This document shows positions 17,658 to 28,238 of a stretch of DNA of 64,000 nt, in pieces. The position numbers and the translations under genes are program-made. Position 1 is the stretch's first letter. Each line of letters starts with the position of its first letter. The notes beneath the pieces were generated by a model, which did no database searches, was not told where the DNA came from, and saw nothing but the letters and a program-made list of their open reading frames with translations. The stretch lies in NCBI GenBank assembly GCA_047638695.1, contig JBLINY010000005.1, positions 28,075-92,074 on the forward strand, written 5' to 3'. This DNA is from Acidimicrobiales bacterium. Lineage in GTDB: Bacteria > Actinomycetota > Acidimicrobiia > Acidimicrobiales > SZUA-35.

Positions 17658-20080
17658 GTGCAGGGCGCCGGCATCTCGGTAGCCGGCGATTTCGGAACTG
17701 GTCAAGCACAGAAGATCCCGTAGGACGTGTTCGGTGTGCTCACCCAGACAAGGTGCGGCTGACCGTTGGATCGAAGGAGTCTCCGACAGGATCGAGCCAG
17801 TTCCGTCGTACAAGACTGGGCCAACCTCGCCATGATCCAACACTGAGTAGTACCCCCGGTGTTGCAGCTGCGGGTCGTCGAGCAGGTCTGTCGACCATGC
17901 GACGACTGCGGCGGGGACTCCGCTGGTGGCGAGGCGTTCTGCCAGCGCGAATGGCTCCCTGGAAGTCGACCAATGGCGGAGAGCGTCTTCAATTTCCTTC
18001 TTCTGCTCCGCTCTGGCTGAGACTTGGTCCCAGGCTGTGTCGTCCCACTGGCTGAGAAGTGGTGCGACGGCGGAAACGAGTGCCCGCCACTGCTGCGGGG
18101 TCTCACAGGTCACTGTGACAAAGCGGTCGTGAGCGGCTGTTGGCAGCAAGGTATGAGGACACGCGTGCGCTCGGACATCGCCTTGGGGCTCGGTGTCTCG
18201 ACCGTTGATCTGGTAGTCGAGCAGCAGCGGTTCGGCGAAGTGCATCGCCGCTTCCACTTGGGACAGATCGATGTACTGGCCAGTCCCCGTACGACGCCGG
18301 TGCAGCAGCGCCGCTGCCAGGGCCGAGATTCCGAAGCGGGGCGCGCAGAAGTCTGTGTAGGCACCCCAAGGCCCGGCGGGAGGACGATCGGGCCAACCGG
18401 TGGCCGTATAGAGCGGGGTGACCGCAACCCCTTGGCTCCCGAACCCGCCGTACCGTTGCTCGGGGCCGTCTTGGCCGCGGAGGCAGGTCGAGAGCATCAC
18501 CAGGTCCGGGTGGTCTTGGCTGACCGTGTCGTAGTCGAGCCCAAACTTCGCCATGTTCCCGGGAGTGAAAGATTCGACTACGACATCGGACCAGTCGATC
18601 AGACGTCGAGCCAGCTCGCGGCCGGCGTCGTTGGAGAGATCGCAGGCTAAGCCGACCTTGGAAGTGTTCACGAAGGCAAAGAACTGCGACCGATTCAGGC
18701 CGGGAGTGCCATCGGCGAAGGGGCCGATCTGGCGCAACATGTCCGGCTTCGCTTCCGATTCGAGGTGAACCGTGGTTGCACCCTGATCAGCCAACGCCCG
18801 AGCAATAAGAGGCCCGACGCCGACCCAGGCGAAGTCGGCAACCTTCAGACCATCGAAAACGCCATCGCTTTGACTCGCATCCGGGAGAACCGAACCCGGC
18901 TGTCGAGGTGGCCACGGACGTTCCCGGAGATCCCCATCGGCATCCAGCCTCGGTGCAGGCCCAAGCTCAGTCAGCGGTGTAGCGGACATTTTGGCGAAGG
19001 CGCCGGCACGGCGAATGCCGTCGACGTCGTGGAAGTACTTGCGATACTCGAGCTGGCGGTCGTCGAGCACGTCCCGCGCTGTGTAGATCGGAGCGCACAA
19101 TGTGCGCGCCTGCAGGCCGTGGTCGAAGACCTCCCGCTTCGATCGTGTTGCAACAAAGCGGGCGATCGTGTCGAACATTCGTTGGATGGCCTCGACCGAG
19201 GTCGTCCCGTCCGCAAGCTCGCGTTTCCAGTGGCGCCACTCATGGTCAACCTGGTCGGACGGGACCATGTCTTCGCGTTCGGCCCAGGCCATCAGCTCAT
19301 GGCTTGTTCGTTCTCCCATCTCGGGCAGCAGGAAACTGATTTGGGCCCAGCCGTCCGCCACAACAGCTTCACCGGCAGTCCCGGCCAGTACTCGCGGGGC
19401 TCGGATCTCGTGTCACACGTACCGGGCAGATTCTCGCCGAAGACGGTTGCCCACGGCGACGCGTGCATCGTCGCCAACACGGTCGCCGCCTGTGCGGACG
19501 TGTCGATGGATTGGCCCCGTCCAGTGACATCGCGCGCAAACAGCGCGATGCAGATGTCGGCCGCTGCTTGGCCACCGCCGTGACACGAGGCCTGGGGGTA
19601 GCCGACAGAGAGATGGGGCATGTCAGGATCGCCCTGCAATGACAGCAACCCGGCGGCGGCCTCAATGCTGAGTTCGTCGGCGGCCCAATTCGCCTTGGGG
19701 CCATCCAGCCCGTACGGCGTCACCGATGCCCATATCAGTCCGACAGACACGTCGGGCGTAATACCCTAGCCGTCGACGGCATCACCGTTGTCGATTAGAA
19801 CGTCTGCACCGGCAATGAGCGCGGCGAGGGCCGCCCGATCATCGGCATCGTCCCGGTCTATGACCACCGACTTCTTGCCTCTGCCAACGGCCATCCAGGT
19901 CAGCGATGTTTCGGGGCCGTCGTGTCGATCGTTTATGAACGGACCAAGCCGACGCGCCGGCGCCCCACCCGGTGGCTCGATCTTGACGACGTCGGCCCCG
20001 AGCTCGGCAAGGATCCGGCCCGCGAGGTCCCCCCATCGCGCTGTGAGGTCTACAACTCGGGTTCCGAACAGCGCTGACAA
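17655..20080 (-). pseudogene. Fused tandem (two-domain) family III CoA-transferase, disrupted by an in-frame TAG and a frameshift
   Basis: ORFs 19766..20080 and 19292..19750 are in the same frame. They are separated only by TAG at 19766-19768 (...LIDNGDAVDG*GITPDVSVGLIWASVTPYGLDGP), inside a conserved CoA-transferase segment. ORF 17655..19361 continues the first domain in another frame (junction near LWRTADGWAQISF) and carries a complete second CoA-transferase domain (GLKVADFAWVGVGPLIARALADQGATTVHLE...). Confidence 0.7.
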
Positions 20081-20093
20081 CTCGTGCTGCCGA

Positions 20094-20990
20094 TTACTCG
20101 TCGCTCGTACGAGTAGAGAACAGCTCGGCTTTGGCCGCGGCCAATTCGGCGACGGTCCAGCGATCCTTACTCTTGCGAATGCGGTTTTCGCGCTTCCAGC
20201 CCTGCATCAACTGGACCTGATCTCCACCGCACACAAACGTCTCGCCCGTGATGTCGGCGGCGTCATCAGTGCACAGATAGGCGACCCAAGGTGAGACATT
20301 GTCGGGGTCGTTCACATCGAAGTCGCCCTCATTGGCCGTCAACTGATCAGCTCCGAACGTGTTCACGGTCATACGGGTCCGAGCTCGGGGATTGATGGTG
20401 TTGACCCGTACCCCATACCGCTTGAGCTCGCGGGCCACGGTGATACCCAACCCAGCGATCCCGGCCTTGGCTGCCGCATAGTTGGGCTGGCCAGGATTGC
20501 CGAAGAGGCCGGCCTCCGAGGCGGTGTACACGATGCTTGCCGTGACCGGTTCCCCGTTCAGCTTCGATTGTTCCCGCCAGTATGCGGCCGCCCATCGTGT
20601 CGGGACGAAGTGACCTTTCAAGTGCACCCGGACAACGCTGTCCCACTCCGCCTCGCTCATGTTGAAGACGATGCGGTCCCGCACGAAGCCGGCGTTGCAC
20701 ACCAAAAAATCGAGACGACCATAGGTTTCCACCGCTTGGTTGATCATGTTCTGGGCGCCCTCCCAGTCGGCGACATCGTCGAAGTTCGCAACCGCGTTTG
20801 CGCCCATCCCCACGATGTCTGCGGCCGTCTCGCTCGCCGCCCGATCATCAGATCCGGCGCCGTCCCATTCGCCGCCGAGATCGTTGACCACGACTGACGC
20901 GCCCTCGCTCGCCATCAACAACGCATGGCTACGGCCGAGCCCTCGGCCAGCTCCCGTGATGATCCCAACCTTGCCATCAAGCATGCCCAT
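20094..20990 (-). CDS. SDR-family oxidoreductase (hydroxyacyl-CoA dehydrogenase-like)
   Basis: GKVGIITGAGRGLGRSHALLMASEGASVVVNDLGG glycine-rich NAD(P) motif, then NAG and YAAAKAG (YxxxK). Confidence 0.85.
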   Translation of the reverse strand: MGMLDGKVGIITGAGRGLGRSHALLMASEGASVVVNDLGGEWDGAGSDDRAASETAADIVGMGANAVANFDDVADWEGAQNMINQAVETYGRLDFLVCNAGFVRDRIVFNMSEAEWDSVVRVHLKGHFVPTRWAAAYWREQSKLNGEPVTASIVYTASEAGLFGNPGQPNYAAAKAGIAGLGITVARELKRYGVRVNTINPRARTRMTVNTFGADQLTANEGDFDVNDPDNVSPWVAYLCTDDAADITGETFVCGGDQVQLMQGWKRENRIRKSKDRWTVAELAAAKAELFSTRTSDE

Positions 20991-21086
20991 GTCCGGCTCC
21001 TGTTCGCCTAGATGTGCCCTTATCTTGGATCATCGGAGTGGACGAGGCCAACGAAGGCAGTGCCCACTTCGCCGATGCCGTCTCGA

Positions 21087-22274
21087 TCAGCTCCGGTGCC
21101 TTGTTTCGGCGACATCGTCGGCGAGAAGCACGCCTTGCTCGTGTAGTGCGTCGACTTCTGTTCCGCTGACCCCGAGCCAGTCGTGGAGCGCGTCGTAGTT
21201 GTGTTCGCCCCGGTGTGCCGCCACGCCACGCACGCCGGCTTCTGCACTAGAGAATCGATACGGGGTGTTCGTGACTTGGCGATGCCCGCCTTCGCGGTCG
21301 TCGACCTCGGTCAGAACCTGGCGGGCCTCGACCGAGGCCTGCTTGTCGAGTACCTCGCGATGGGTGAAGACATTGCCCCAGGCCAGATTGACCTCGTTCA
21401 GTTTGGCGATCAGTGACGGACGGTCCGGGAAAGAGAGCAGGTAGCCCTCGATCGCCTCGCGACGCATCCGGATCTTCGTGGCTAGATCGGTGCCTTCAGG
21501 TGTGGGGTCGGCCAGGCCGGCCTTGGTATTGAGGACACGCCAGTACCATTTTTCATCGCCGGCCAAGATGATCGGTCCGCCCGTGGCGTTGAATACGACA
21601 CCACCAGCCTTCGGGATACCGACCTCGTCGATCGCTGCGTGTAGATAGTCATCGGTGAACAGCAGCGCGTTGATCATCGCCATGTCGATGTGCTGACCAT
21701 CACCCGTGCGTTCGGCATGGTGCAGCGCAGAGAGAATGCCGATGAGACCGTGCATGCCGGTAGAGGTGTCGGCGACGGATAGGGCTACATCCACCGGTCT
21801 CTCGGCCCCGGAAACGTACTGTTGACGTTCCAGTAGGCCCATCTCAGCATGGATGATCGGCGCATAGCTGGCCCGTTCCCGTTCTGGACCTTCCTGGCCG
21901 AATCCAGAGATCGACAGCATTACGAGTTTCGGATTCACCGCTTTCAGGTCGTCCCAGCCGACGTTGAAGCCAGCCATCACTCCCGGTCGGAAGTTCTCGG
22001 CAACGACGTCGGCCTCAGCCGCCAGTCGCCTCACCAACGCCTGGCCATCAGGCTGCGTGAGATCGACGCAAATCGACCGCTTGCCCACATTCTGCTGGGT
22101 GTAATACCCCGAGATCCCCCCGATTCGGCGCCCGATGGTGCGTGTCATGTCGCCCTCAGGGGGTTCAACCTTCAGCACGTCGGCGCCAAGATCGGCCATG
22201 ATGCGAGTTGCGAAGGGACCGGCGAGCACGCGGGTGAAATCGAGGACCTTGACGCCGTCGAGCGGAAATGTCAT
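21087..22274 (-). CDS. Family III CoA-transferase
   Basis: The start is taken at ATG 22274 (MTFPLDGVKVLDFTRVLAGPFATRIMADLGADVLKVEPP), 4 nt after the upstream stop. The longer track ORF start at 22343 would overlap the CMD gene. Confidence 0.85.
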   Translation of the reverse strand: MTFPLDGVKVLDFTRVLAGPFATRIMADLGADVLKVEPPEGDMTRTIGRRIGGISGYYTQQNVGKRSICVDLTQPDGQALVRRLAAEADVVAENFRPGVMAGFNVGWDDLKAVNPKLVMLSISGFGQEGPERERASYAPIIHAEMGLLERQQYVSGAERPVDVALSVADTSTGMHGLIGILSALHHAERTGDGQHIDMAMINALLFTDDYLHAAIDEVGIPKAGGVVFNATGGPIILAGDEKWYWRVLNTKAGLADPTPEGTDLATKIRMRREAIEGYLLSFPDRPSLIAKLNEVNLAWGNVFTHREVLDKQASVEARQVLTEVDDREGGHRQVTNTPYRFSSAEAGVRGVAAHRGEHNYDALHDWLGVSGTEVDALHEQGVLLADDVAETRHRS

Positions 22275-22278
22275 CGCC

Positions 22279-22851
22279 TCAGACCTCTTCGCTCTGAGGC
22301 GGAGTGGGCCAACCGGGGACCCCGTCATCAAGTTGGACTCCACAGGAGTTCAACACACCGCTGACGACCCGGTAGCAGCCAGCAGCCATGACCAGATGCA
22401 GCATGTCAGCATCGCTGAAGATTGCCGCCGCTGCGTTCCACGTCTCGTCGCCGACGCAGTCGTCGGCGTAAAGCTCGTCAACAACTTGCAGTACGACTCG
22501 TTCCTCGTCGGTCCACGAATGCTGGATCAGTGGGCGGGTGACGGCGTAGATCTCGGCCTCTGTCAGGCCTGCGTCGCGCCCAAACAGCGTGTGTTGGCCG
22601 AACTCGTAGACAGCCTGGCAGTTCCAACCCATCCGCAGAACGGCTAGCTCGACGTTGCGTCGAGACAAGCCGCCTTCGAAGAGCACCGCCTGGGCAAACG
22701 GGCCGAAGGCGCGGTTGAGCGGCTTATTGCGGGCCAGTGTGGCCGACACGTTCACCGCGTTCACCGGCGAGTCCTGTTGACGCTCCCGAATCTTTTCTGC
22801 CAGGTCTTCTCGAGGCTGGATACGCGGTGCCTTGGGTCGGGCGAAATGCAT
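22279..22851 (-). CDS. Carboxymuconolactone decarboxylase (AhpD-like) family protein
   Basis: RRNVELAVLRMGWNCQAVYEFGQHTLFGRDAGLTEAEI...DEERVVLQVVDEL fits the CMD-domain pattern. Confidence 0.65.
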   Translation of the reverse strand: MHFARPKAPRIQPREDLAEKIRERQQDSPVNAVNVSATLARNKPLNRAFGPFAQAVLFEGGLSRRNVELAVLRMGWNCQAVYEFGQHTLFGRDAGLTEAEIYAVTRPLIQHSWTDEERVVLQVVDELYADDCVGDETWNAAAAIFSDADMLHLVMAAGCYRVVSGVLNSCGVQLDDGVPGWPTPPQSEEV

Positions 22852-22979
22852 GGGGATCTCCGAACGGGTCTCTGTGCTGGTGGGCGGTGGTCGACTCCTG
22901 TACTAGCTCCCATTGGGCTTGAGCACCTCTCCGTCTACGAAGTTTCGCCTTCATGGAAAGGACTCACCCTTCGCCCCGG

Positions 22980-23756
22980 TTAATCCCAATGCAGTCCACC
23001 GTCCACATTCCAGGACTGGCCAGTCACATTGCGCGCCGCTTCGGATGCCAGATAGACGGCCAGCGAAGCAATGTCCTCTGGATCATTGGCACGCCGCAAC
23101 GGTATTGACCGCACGGCTCGAGCCTCGGCGTCCTCCCTGCTGCCTCCAAGTCGGTCGACGAGCTCGTCGATCACTTGATCGAACAGAGCCGTCCGGGTGA
23201 CTCCGGGGCAGATTGCGTTCACGTTGATCCCAAAGCGGGCGAGCTGCTGGGCACTGATCCGGGTCATGGCGATCACCGACCCCTTGGTTCCGGCATATGC
23301 CACATTCGATGTGCCTCGGTACCCCTTACCGGCGATGGAGGCAATGTTGATGATGCGTCCGCCGGTCCCGGCGTCTCGCATAGCGGTCGCCGCCGCCTGC
23401 ATCAGAAAGAACAGGCCCCGGTTGTTCACGGAGTTGATGTGATCCCAATCGTTCTCCGTCACGTCGAAGAATCCGAGGCTTTTGGTCACCCCGGCATTGT
23501 TCACCAGCACGTCGAGGCGACCGTGGGTGGCGACGACCTGTTCGATCAGACCGGCGGTTTCGCTGACACGAGCCACGTCGCCAACCGTGAACGATGCCTG
23601 CGGACCAAGGCGTTCCATGGCCGCCCGGCCGCCGGGCTCGTCGATGTCGGTGCCAACAACCGTGGCTCCTGCCTCGGAAAAGGCTTCGGCAATGGAGGTG
23701 CCCATGCCCGCCGCGATTCCGGTGATGAGTGCGATTTGTCCGTCGAGTTCTCCCAT
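22980..23756 (-). CDS. SDR-family oxidoreductase (FabG-like)
   Basis: ALITGIAAGMGTSIAEAF, NNAG, YAGTKGSV (YxxxK). 258 aa. Confidence 0.85.
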   Translation of the reverse strand: MGELDGQIALITGIAAGMGTSIAEAFSEAGATVVGTDIDEPGGRAAMERLGPQASFTVGDVARVSETAGLIEQVVATHGRLDVLVNNAGVTKSLGFFDVTENDWDHINSVNNRGLFFLMQAAATAMRDAGTGGRIINIASIAGKGYRGTSNVAYAGTKGSVIAMTRISAQQLARFGINVNAICPGVTRTALFDQVIDELVDRLGGSREDAEARAVRSIPLRRANDPEDIASLAVYLASEAARNVTGQSWNVDGGLHWD

Positions 23757-23819
23757 CGCCGAACCCTAGATGGTCCTAGATGCCGGCATCGGCTGAGGTG
23801 ACTGAAGCTGGCTTCGGCA

Positions 23820-25046
23820 ATGATGAGCGCTGTGCAAGGAATCTTTGAAGGTCTGCGAGTGCTCGACTTCACCCAGGTACTGGCGGGCCCGACCGCAACT
23901 CGCTTGATGGTCGAAATGGGAGCCGAGGTCATCAAGGTTGAGATGACCCCGGCAGGCGATATGGGGCGGAGCCTGCCCCAGGTCCGTGACGGACGCTCCG
24001 GCTATCACGTGCAGCAAAACCGTGGAAAGCGGTCGATCTGTGTCGACCTGAAAGACCCTCGAGGGCAGCAGCTGGTACTGGACCTGTTGCCGCAGGTCGA
24101 TGTGATGATCCAGAACTTCGCCAACGGTGTGATCGAGCGTCTCGGATTTGGCTACGACGTTGTGTCGGTTATCAACCCTCGCCTCATCGTTTGCAACATG
24201 AGTGCCTTTGGTCGCACGGGACCCCTCAAGGATCATCCAGGCTACGACCCCATCGCTCAGGCCTATGGCGGGATACTTCACATGCTCGGATACGAGGATC
24301 GGCCGCCCGTGCTAGCCGGAATCTCTCCGGGTGACGTGCTCACGGGGGTCCATTCTTTTGGTGGCGTTGCGGCCGCGTTGTATCATCGGGAGCGCACCGG
24401 TCGAGGCCAAGAGGTCAGCGTTTCGCTACTCGACGCCTACGTCACAACTCACGAGGTCAACTGGCAGTCGTGGTCGGTCTCCAACGGTGTCGAACCCATC
24501 CGGCGGGGCAACGTTCATCCAGTGGTCGGCGGTGTAGGGGTCTTCGCTGTTGGTGACGGCGGGTATGTGGTGTTGGCCGCGGTGAACGATCAACAGTGGC
24601 GATCGACCTGTGAGGTCATGGGTCGGCCCGAGCTGGCGGCCGACGTCAGGTTCGAGACCAGCGCAGGGCGTTGTGAAAACCGTGACGCCATCAATCAGGA
24701 GGTCTCGCAATGGCTTTCCGCCCAACCCGATCGGGACGCAGTGATCGCCAAACTCGAGGCCCGGCGGGTTCCGACTGCCCCCGTGCTCACCTTGGCTGAG
24801 GCCGCTACTCATCCGCACTTGGTTGAGTCAGGGGCCATCCGCTGGGTCGACGACGATGTGCTTGGGCCGGTTCTCGTGCCCGGGATGCCCATCAAGTTCT
24901 CGGAATCCCCCGAAATGCTGTCCCTGGCCGCCCAACAGCTTGGCCAGGACAACGAGTACGTGACCTGCGACATTGGTGGTCGATCGCCGGCCCAGTATCA
25001 ATCACTCATCGAAGCCGGTGTCCTCGTGCACGACCAGGCAACCTGA
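23820..25046 (+). CDS. Family III CoA-transferase
   Basis: FEGLRVLDFTQVLAGPTATRLMVEMGAEVIKVE signature. 408 aa. Confidence 0.85.
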   Translation: MMSAVQGIFEGLRVLDFTQVLAGPTATRLMVEMGAEVIKVEMTPAGDMGRSLPQVRDGRSGYHVQQNRGKRSICVDLKDPRGQQLVLDLLPQVDVMIQNFANGVIERLGFGYDVVSVINPRLIVCNMSAFGRTGPLKDHPGYDPIAQAYGGILHMLGYEDRPPVLAGISPGDVLTGVHSFGGVAAALYHRERTGRGQEVSVSLLDAYVTTHEVNWQSWSVSNGVEPIRRGNVHPVVGGVGVFAVGDGGYVVLAAVNDQQWRSTCEVMGRPELAADVRFETSAGRCENRDAINQEVSQWLSAQPDRDAVIAKLEARRVPTAPVLTLAEAATHPHLVESGAIRWVDDDVLGPVLVPGMPIKFSESPEMLSLAAQQLGQDNEYVTCDIGGRSPAQYQSLIEAGVLVHDQAT

Positions 25047-25077
25047 GCCCGGGGCCAATCTCGCGGCCGATAGATGT

Positions 25078-25986
25078 CTATTCGGCCAGCGAGACCGTGA
25101 TCGTTGTGCCCTTACCCGGAGACGAGTCGATGGAGAAGTCGGCGTTGATCTCTGCGCTGCGTTCCTGCATGATCGATAGCCCGTAATGGTCCGACGTCAC
25201 CATGGTTGGGTCGAAGCCGGTGCCGTTGTCATGAATTGAAAGCGTGACTGCCGGTTCAGCAACCAGCCGGACGTCGACCACGGAGGCATCGGAATGGCGG
25301 CCCACATTGTTCAACGCCTCCCGAGCGATACGGCAGAGGGTGAGCGAATGCTCGACCGTAATGAACGTGGGTTGAAGAAGTGCTCGAATAGTGAGATCGC
25401 TCAGCGCGCTGCACCTGGCGACGATCGGAGTGAGTCTTTCCGCTAAGTCAACGATGGACTCGGTTGGCAGCTGGACGTGCTGCATCAGACTTCGTGTCTC
25501 TTCTCGCGCTATAGAAGCGAGGCCGTCGATCTTCTCGATCAGCGCTCGGTCCCGTGAGGTGAGATCCGCACTTCCTAGCGCCATCTCGGTGAGAAGGGCG
25601 AGGCTCCAAAGCGTGTTGCTCACCGTGTCGTGGAGATCGCGCCCGAGTTGTCTGCGCTCTCGTGAAGTCGATTGCCGGTAAGCCGCGGCCGCGCTCTGCT
25701 GGGCCACCACAGCGGCGGCCGAGCGCACACTTGTAATCGCAAGCTCAAGGCACGCGTCGAGGTCGCGAGTTGCGGCGGTATCGATACCACCCTCCGGCGG
25801 TAGCACACCTGATGTGGACAAGTCATCGATGATGTTTCTGAGATCGATGACGGCTGGCACAGCTGCGCTTCCGTGCGGCGACGAGTCTGCGAGGTTCAAA
25901 TCTTCGGTGGCTGTCAATCTCGGCCCCCCTGGCCGTGCTTCTGTTTGTATCGGTCCAGAGAACCGCCGCCCGCGAGTTGATTGCAC
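25078..25986 (-). CDS. Soluble NarL-partner type sensor histidine kinase (HisKA_3 + HATPase_c), no TM segment seen
   Basis: H-box RRQLGRDLHDTVSN, N-box REALNNVGRH, G1 DNGTGF, G2 SSPGKGTTI. GTG start at 25986. About 100 aa of N-terminal sequence has no assigned domain. Confidence 0.8.
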   Translation of the reverse strand: MQSTRGRRFSGPIQTEARPGGPRLTATEDLNLADSSPHGSAAVPAVIDLRNIIDDLSTSGVLPPEGGIDTAATRDLDACLELAITSVRSAAAVVAQQSAAAAYRQSTSRERRQLGRDLHDTVSNTLWSLALLTEMALGSADLTSRDRALIEKIDGLASIAREETRSLMQHVQLPTESIVDLAERLTPIVARCSALSDLTIRALLQPTFITVEHSLTLCRIAREALNNVGRHSDASVVDVRLVAEPAVTLSIHDNGTGFDPTMVTSDHYGLSIMQERSAEINADFSIDSSPGKGTTITVSLAE

Positions 25987-26108
25987 TTACTGCAACAGGA
26001 TGCTAGCTGAATCACCATCATGCATCAGTGATGCAGGGACCTAGGTGACGCAGAAGTGCCTAGGGTGCGGTAGCAGTTGGGGTGCTGCTCTTCCCATCTC
26101 ACGTGGCT

Positions 26109-26501
26109 CTAACTGGGAGTGTCGGGGAAAGACTCTCGACCACTTGCTACTAACCGGATGGCATCGCGTAGTTCGTCGAGCGAGGTTCCCTTGGCGACGA
26201 AACCGCTACATCCAGCCTTGCGAGCCGCATCATGACCCGCTCGTTCAGCGCCGCTCATCAGCAGAACGCGAGTGCGACTCGTTTCGGCTGCAGTTTTGGC
26301 GGCCTCGGTGCCGCGCCGAGTGCCCAAGCGAAAGTCGACCAACAGGACGTCGATCTCAAGTTCGTCAAGGCGACCCTCGAGTGGTTCCAAGCCGGTTGCC
26401 GTCTCGACGACCTCTATGTCCAGGGTTGCTGATAACCCAAGCGACAAGCTGTCCAGGAGCATGGCGTGATCATCGACGATGGCGACTCGGATGGGAATCA
26501 T
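26109..26501 (-). CDS. Stand-alone receiver-domain response regulator (no output domain)
   Basis: The start is taken at ATG 26501 (MIPIRVAIVDDH...). Acidic pair DD, phosphoacceptor context VLLVDFRL, LLMSG and FVAKG. It stops after about 130 aa, and the 120-nt gap before the kinase gene is too short to encode an HTH. Confidence 0.8.
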   Translation of the reverse strand: MIPIRVAIVDDHAMLLDSLSLGLSATLDIEVVETATGLEPLEGRLDELEIDVLLVDFRLGTRRGTEAAKTAAETSRTRVLLMSGAERAGHDAARKAGCSGFVAKGTSLDELRDAIRLVASGRESFPDTPS

Positions 26502-26734
26502 GGTGACCTTCGTCTTGCGGCGACAACAAACGAGAGTACCTGAGGCTCTCATGTCACGTAGGGCACCAAACTCGAACCCTGGAAATTGGCGGTCCACCAC
26601 CTGGCAACACCTTCAGCGCCTAACTCATCGACCTGTTGGTGCCGAGACTCGTCAAAATGGGCAGAGGCGACGCGACCGGACGGACTCGGAGGTCTGGCCG
26701 TGATCAGTCGTCACGCCTCTGACTCGGAGACCGC

Positions 26735-28168
26735 ATGATCGGCTCGGTCGTTGATGCTCTTCTGCTGCTCGTCGGCCTGGCGATCCTGGGTGGTGCTTTG
26801 GCGCATGCTCTTCTGATCCCCGCAGCGGTGATCGATCTTCGGCGATCGAAGGCCCGCGACCGGCATCGGCTCTGGCGGCGAGTACTCGCCTCTCCGTCGG
26901 CGCCGAGGGTGTCGGTGTTGGTTCCCGTATTCAATGAGGAGGCGACGATTCTCGAGTCGCTACAAGGAATTCGCTCGTTGACGTACCAGAACCTTGAAAT
27001 TGTCGTGGTCAACGACGGCTCCACAGATGCCACCGAGACGACGCTGATCGAAGGTCTGGACCTTGTCGAAGTCCGCTCAGAGTACGAAGAGCCATTCGAG
27101 ACCGAGACCGTCGTCCGCTTGTATCGATCCCGAACCGATCAGCGGTTGGTCGTGGCCCAGAAGCTCAACGGCGGCAAGGCAGATGCCCTCAACGCCGCTC
27201 TCAATCTGGCTTCCGGTTCGCTGGTCTGTGCCATCGATGGAGAGACGACCGTCTCACCTGACGCCCTTCAGAAACTGGTCGTGTCCTTTGTCGACCGGTC
27301 CGATGTCGTCGCCGCAGGGGGGTCGCTTCGTCTTTCGAATAGTAGCCTCGAGCCGGGATTGACCGGTCTGCGTGCTGTTTTTCCGCGAAGCCTCTGGGCC
27401 GCGTGTCAGGCGGTCGAGTACGCCCGAGCCGGTCTGATCAGCATGCCGGCATGGAATCAACTCGGTGGGAACCTGATCACCACGGGCGCGTTCGGCGTCT
27501 TCCGGCGATCCCGGATTATCGAGGCGGGCGGGTATCTCGACGGTTCAATTGGGGAAGACGCCGAGTTGATCGTGAGGCTCCGGCGCCTTGGTTACGAGAA
27601 CGGGCATTTGGCCCGAGTCGTCTTCATCGCCGACCCGGTCGCGTGGACAGATGCGCCCGAGCGATTGTCTGAGCTGCGGCGCCAGCGAAACCGTTGGTAT
27701 CGGGGTTTGTTGGAGGTCCTGACGCGGCATCGGGGGATGATCTTTCGGCCAAGATATCGCTCAGCAGGCCTCCTCGCCCTGCCCTACTTGCTGCTGGTGG
27801 AGGCGTTGGCACCGATCATTGAGGCATTCGGGCTCGTCGTGCTGGCAACGGCGGTTTTCGCTGGTCTGGTGTCGGCGGAACAGCTTGCCTTCATGGCCGC
27901 GGTGTACAGCCTCGGTCTTCTCGTCTCGATAGCGGCACTGCTTCTGGACGACGTCGCCTTCGGTACCCCAAAGAGCCTTGCCGGCCGGCTCAGGATGGTG
28001 GTGGTTGCAACCATCGAACACCTGGTCTTTCGTCCGCTCACTGTTTGGTGGCGTCTCGATGGATTGCATGATTGGCTACGTGGTCGCGGCGACTGGGGAA
28101 CACAGGTCCGCCGAGGTATGGGGCCGAAAACGGAGTTGCCCCCAGCACTGCCCAAGATTCGCGTCTAG
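26735..28168 (+). CDS. Processive family-2 glycosyltransferase (PgaC/IcaA/cellulose-synthase-like beta-glycan synthase)
   Basis: N-terminal TM, VSVLVPVFNEE, VVVNDGSTD, GGKADALN, CAIDGET, GEDAEL and QRNRWYRG (QxxRW), followed by C-terminal TM helices. SD GGAGA lies upstream of ATG 26735. Confidence 0.85.
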   Translation: MIGSVVDALLLLVGLAILGGALAHALLIPAAVIDLRRSKARDRHRLWRRVLASPSAPRVSVLVPVFNEEATILESLQGIRSLTYQNLEIVVVNDGSTDATETTLIEGLDLVEVRSEYEEPFETETVVRLYRSRTDQRLVVAQKLNGGKADALNAALNLASGSLVCAIDGETTVSPDALQKLVVSFVDRSDVVAAGGSLRLSNSSLEPGLTGLRAVFPRSLWAACQAVEYARAGLISMPAWNQLGGNLITTGAFGVFRRSRIIEAGGYLDGSIGEDAELIVRLRRLGYENGHLARVVFIADPVAWTDAPERLSELRRQRNRWYRGLLEVLTRHRGMIFRPRYRSAGLLALPYLLLVEALAPIIEAFGLVVLATAVFAGLVSAEQLAFMAAVYSLGLLVSIAALLLDDVAFGTPKSLAGRLRMVVVATIEHLVFRPLTVWWRLDGLHDWLRGRGDWGTQVRRGMGPKTELPPALPKIRV

Positions 28169-28238
28169 CCAAATTGGTAGACCGGCCCGTCATTCGGTCC
28201 GAGCCGAGCATCGGTCCATCACAGTGAGTTGTCGAGTT

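Noticed and set aside
22275-22343. Longer start (MESNLMTGSPVG...) for the CoA-transferase at 21087.
   Set aside because: It would overlap the upstream CMD gene by 65 nt. The conserved family N-terminus starts at MTFPLDG (ATG 22274), 4 nt after the upstream stop.
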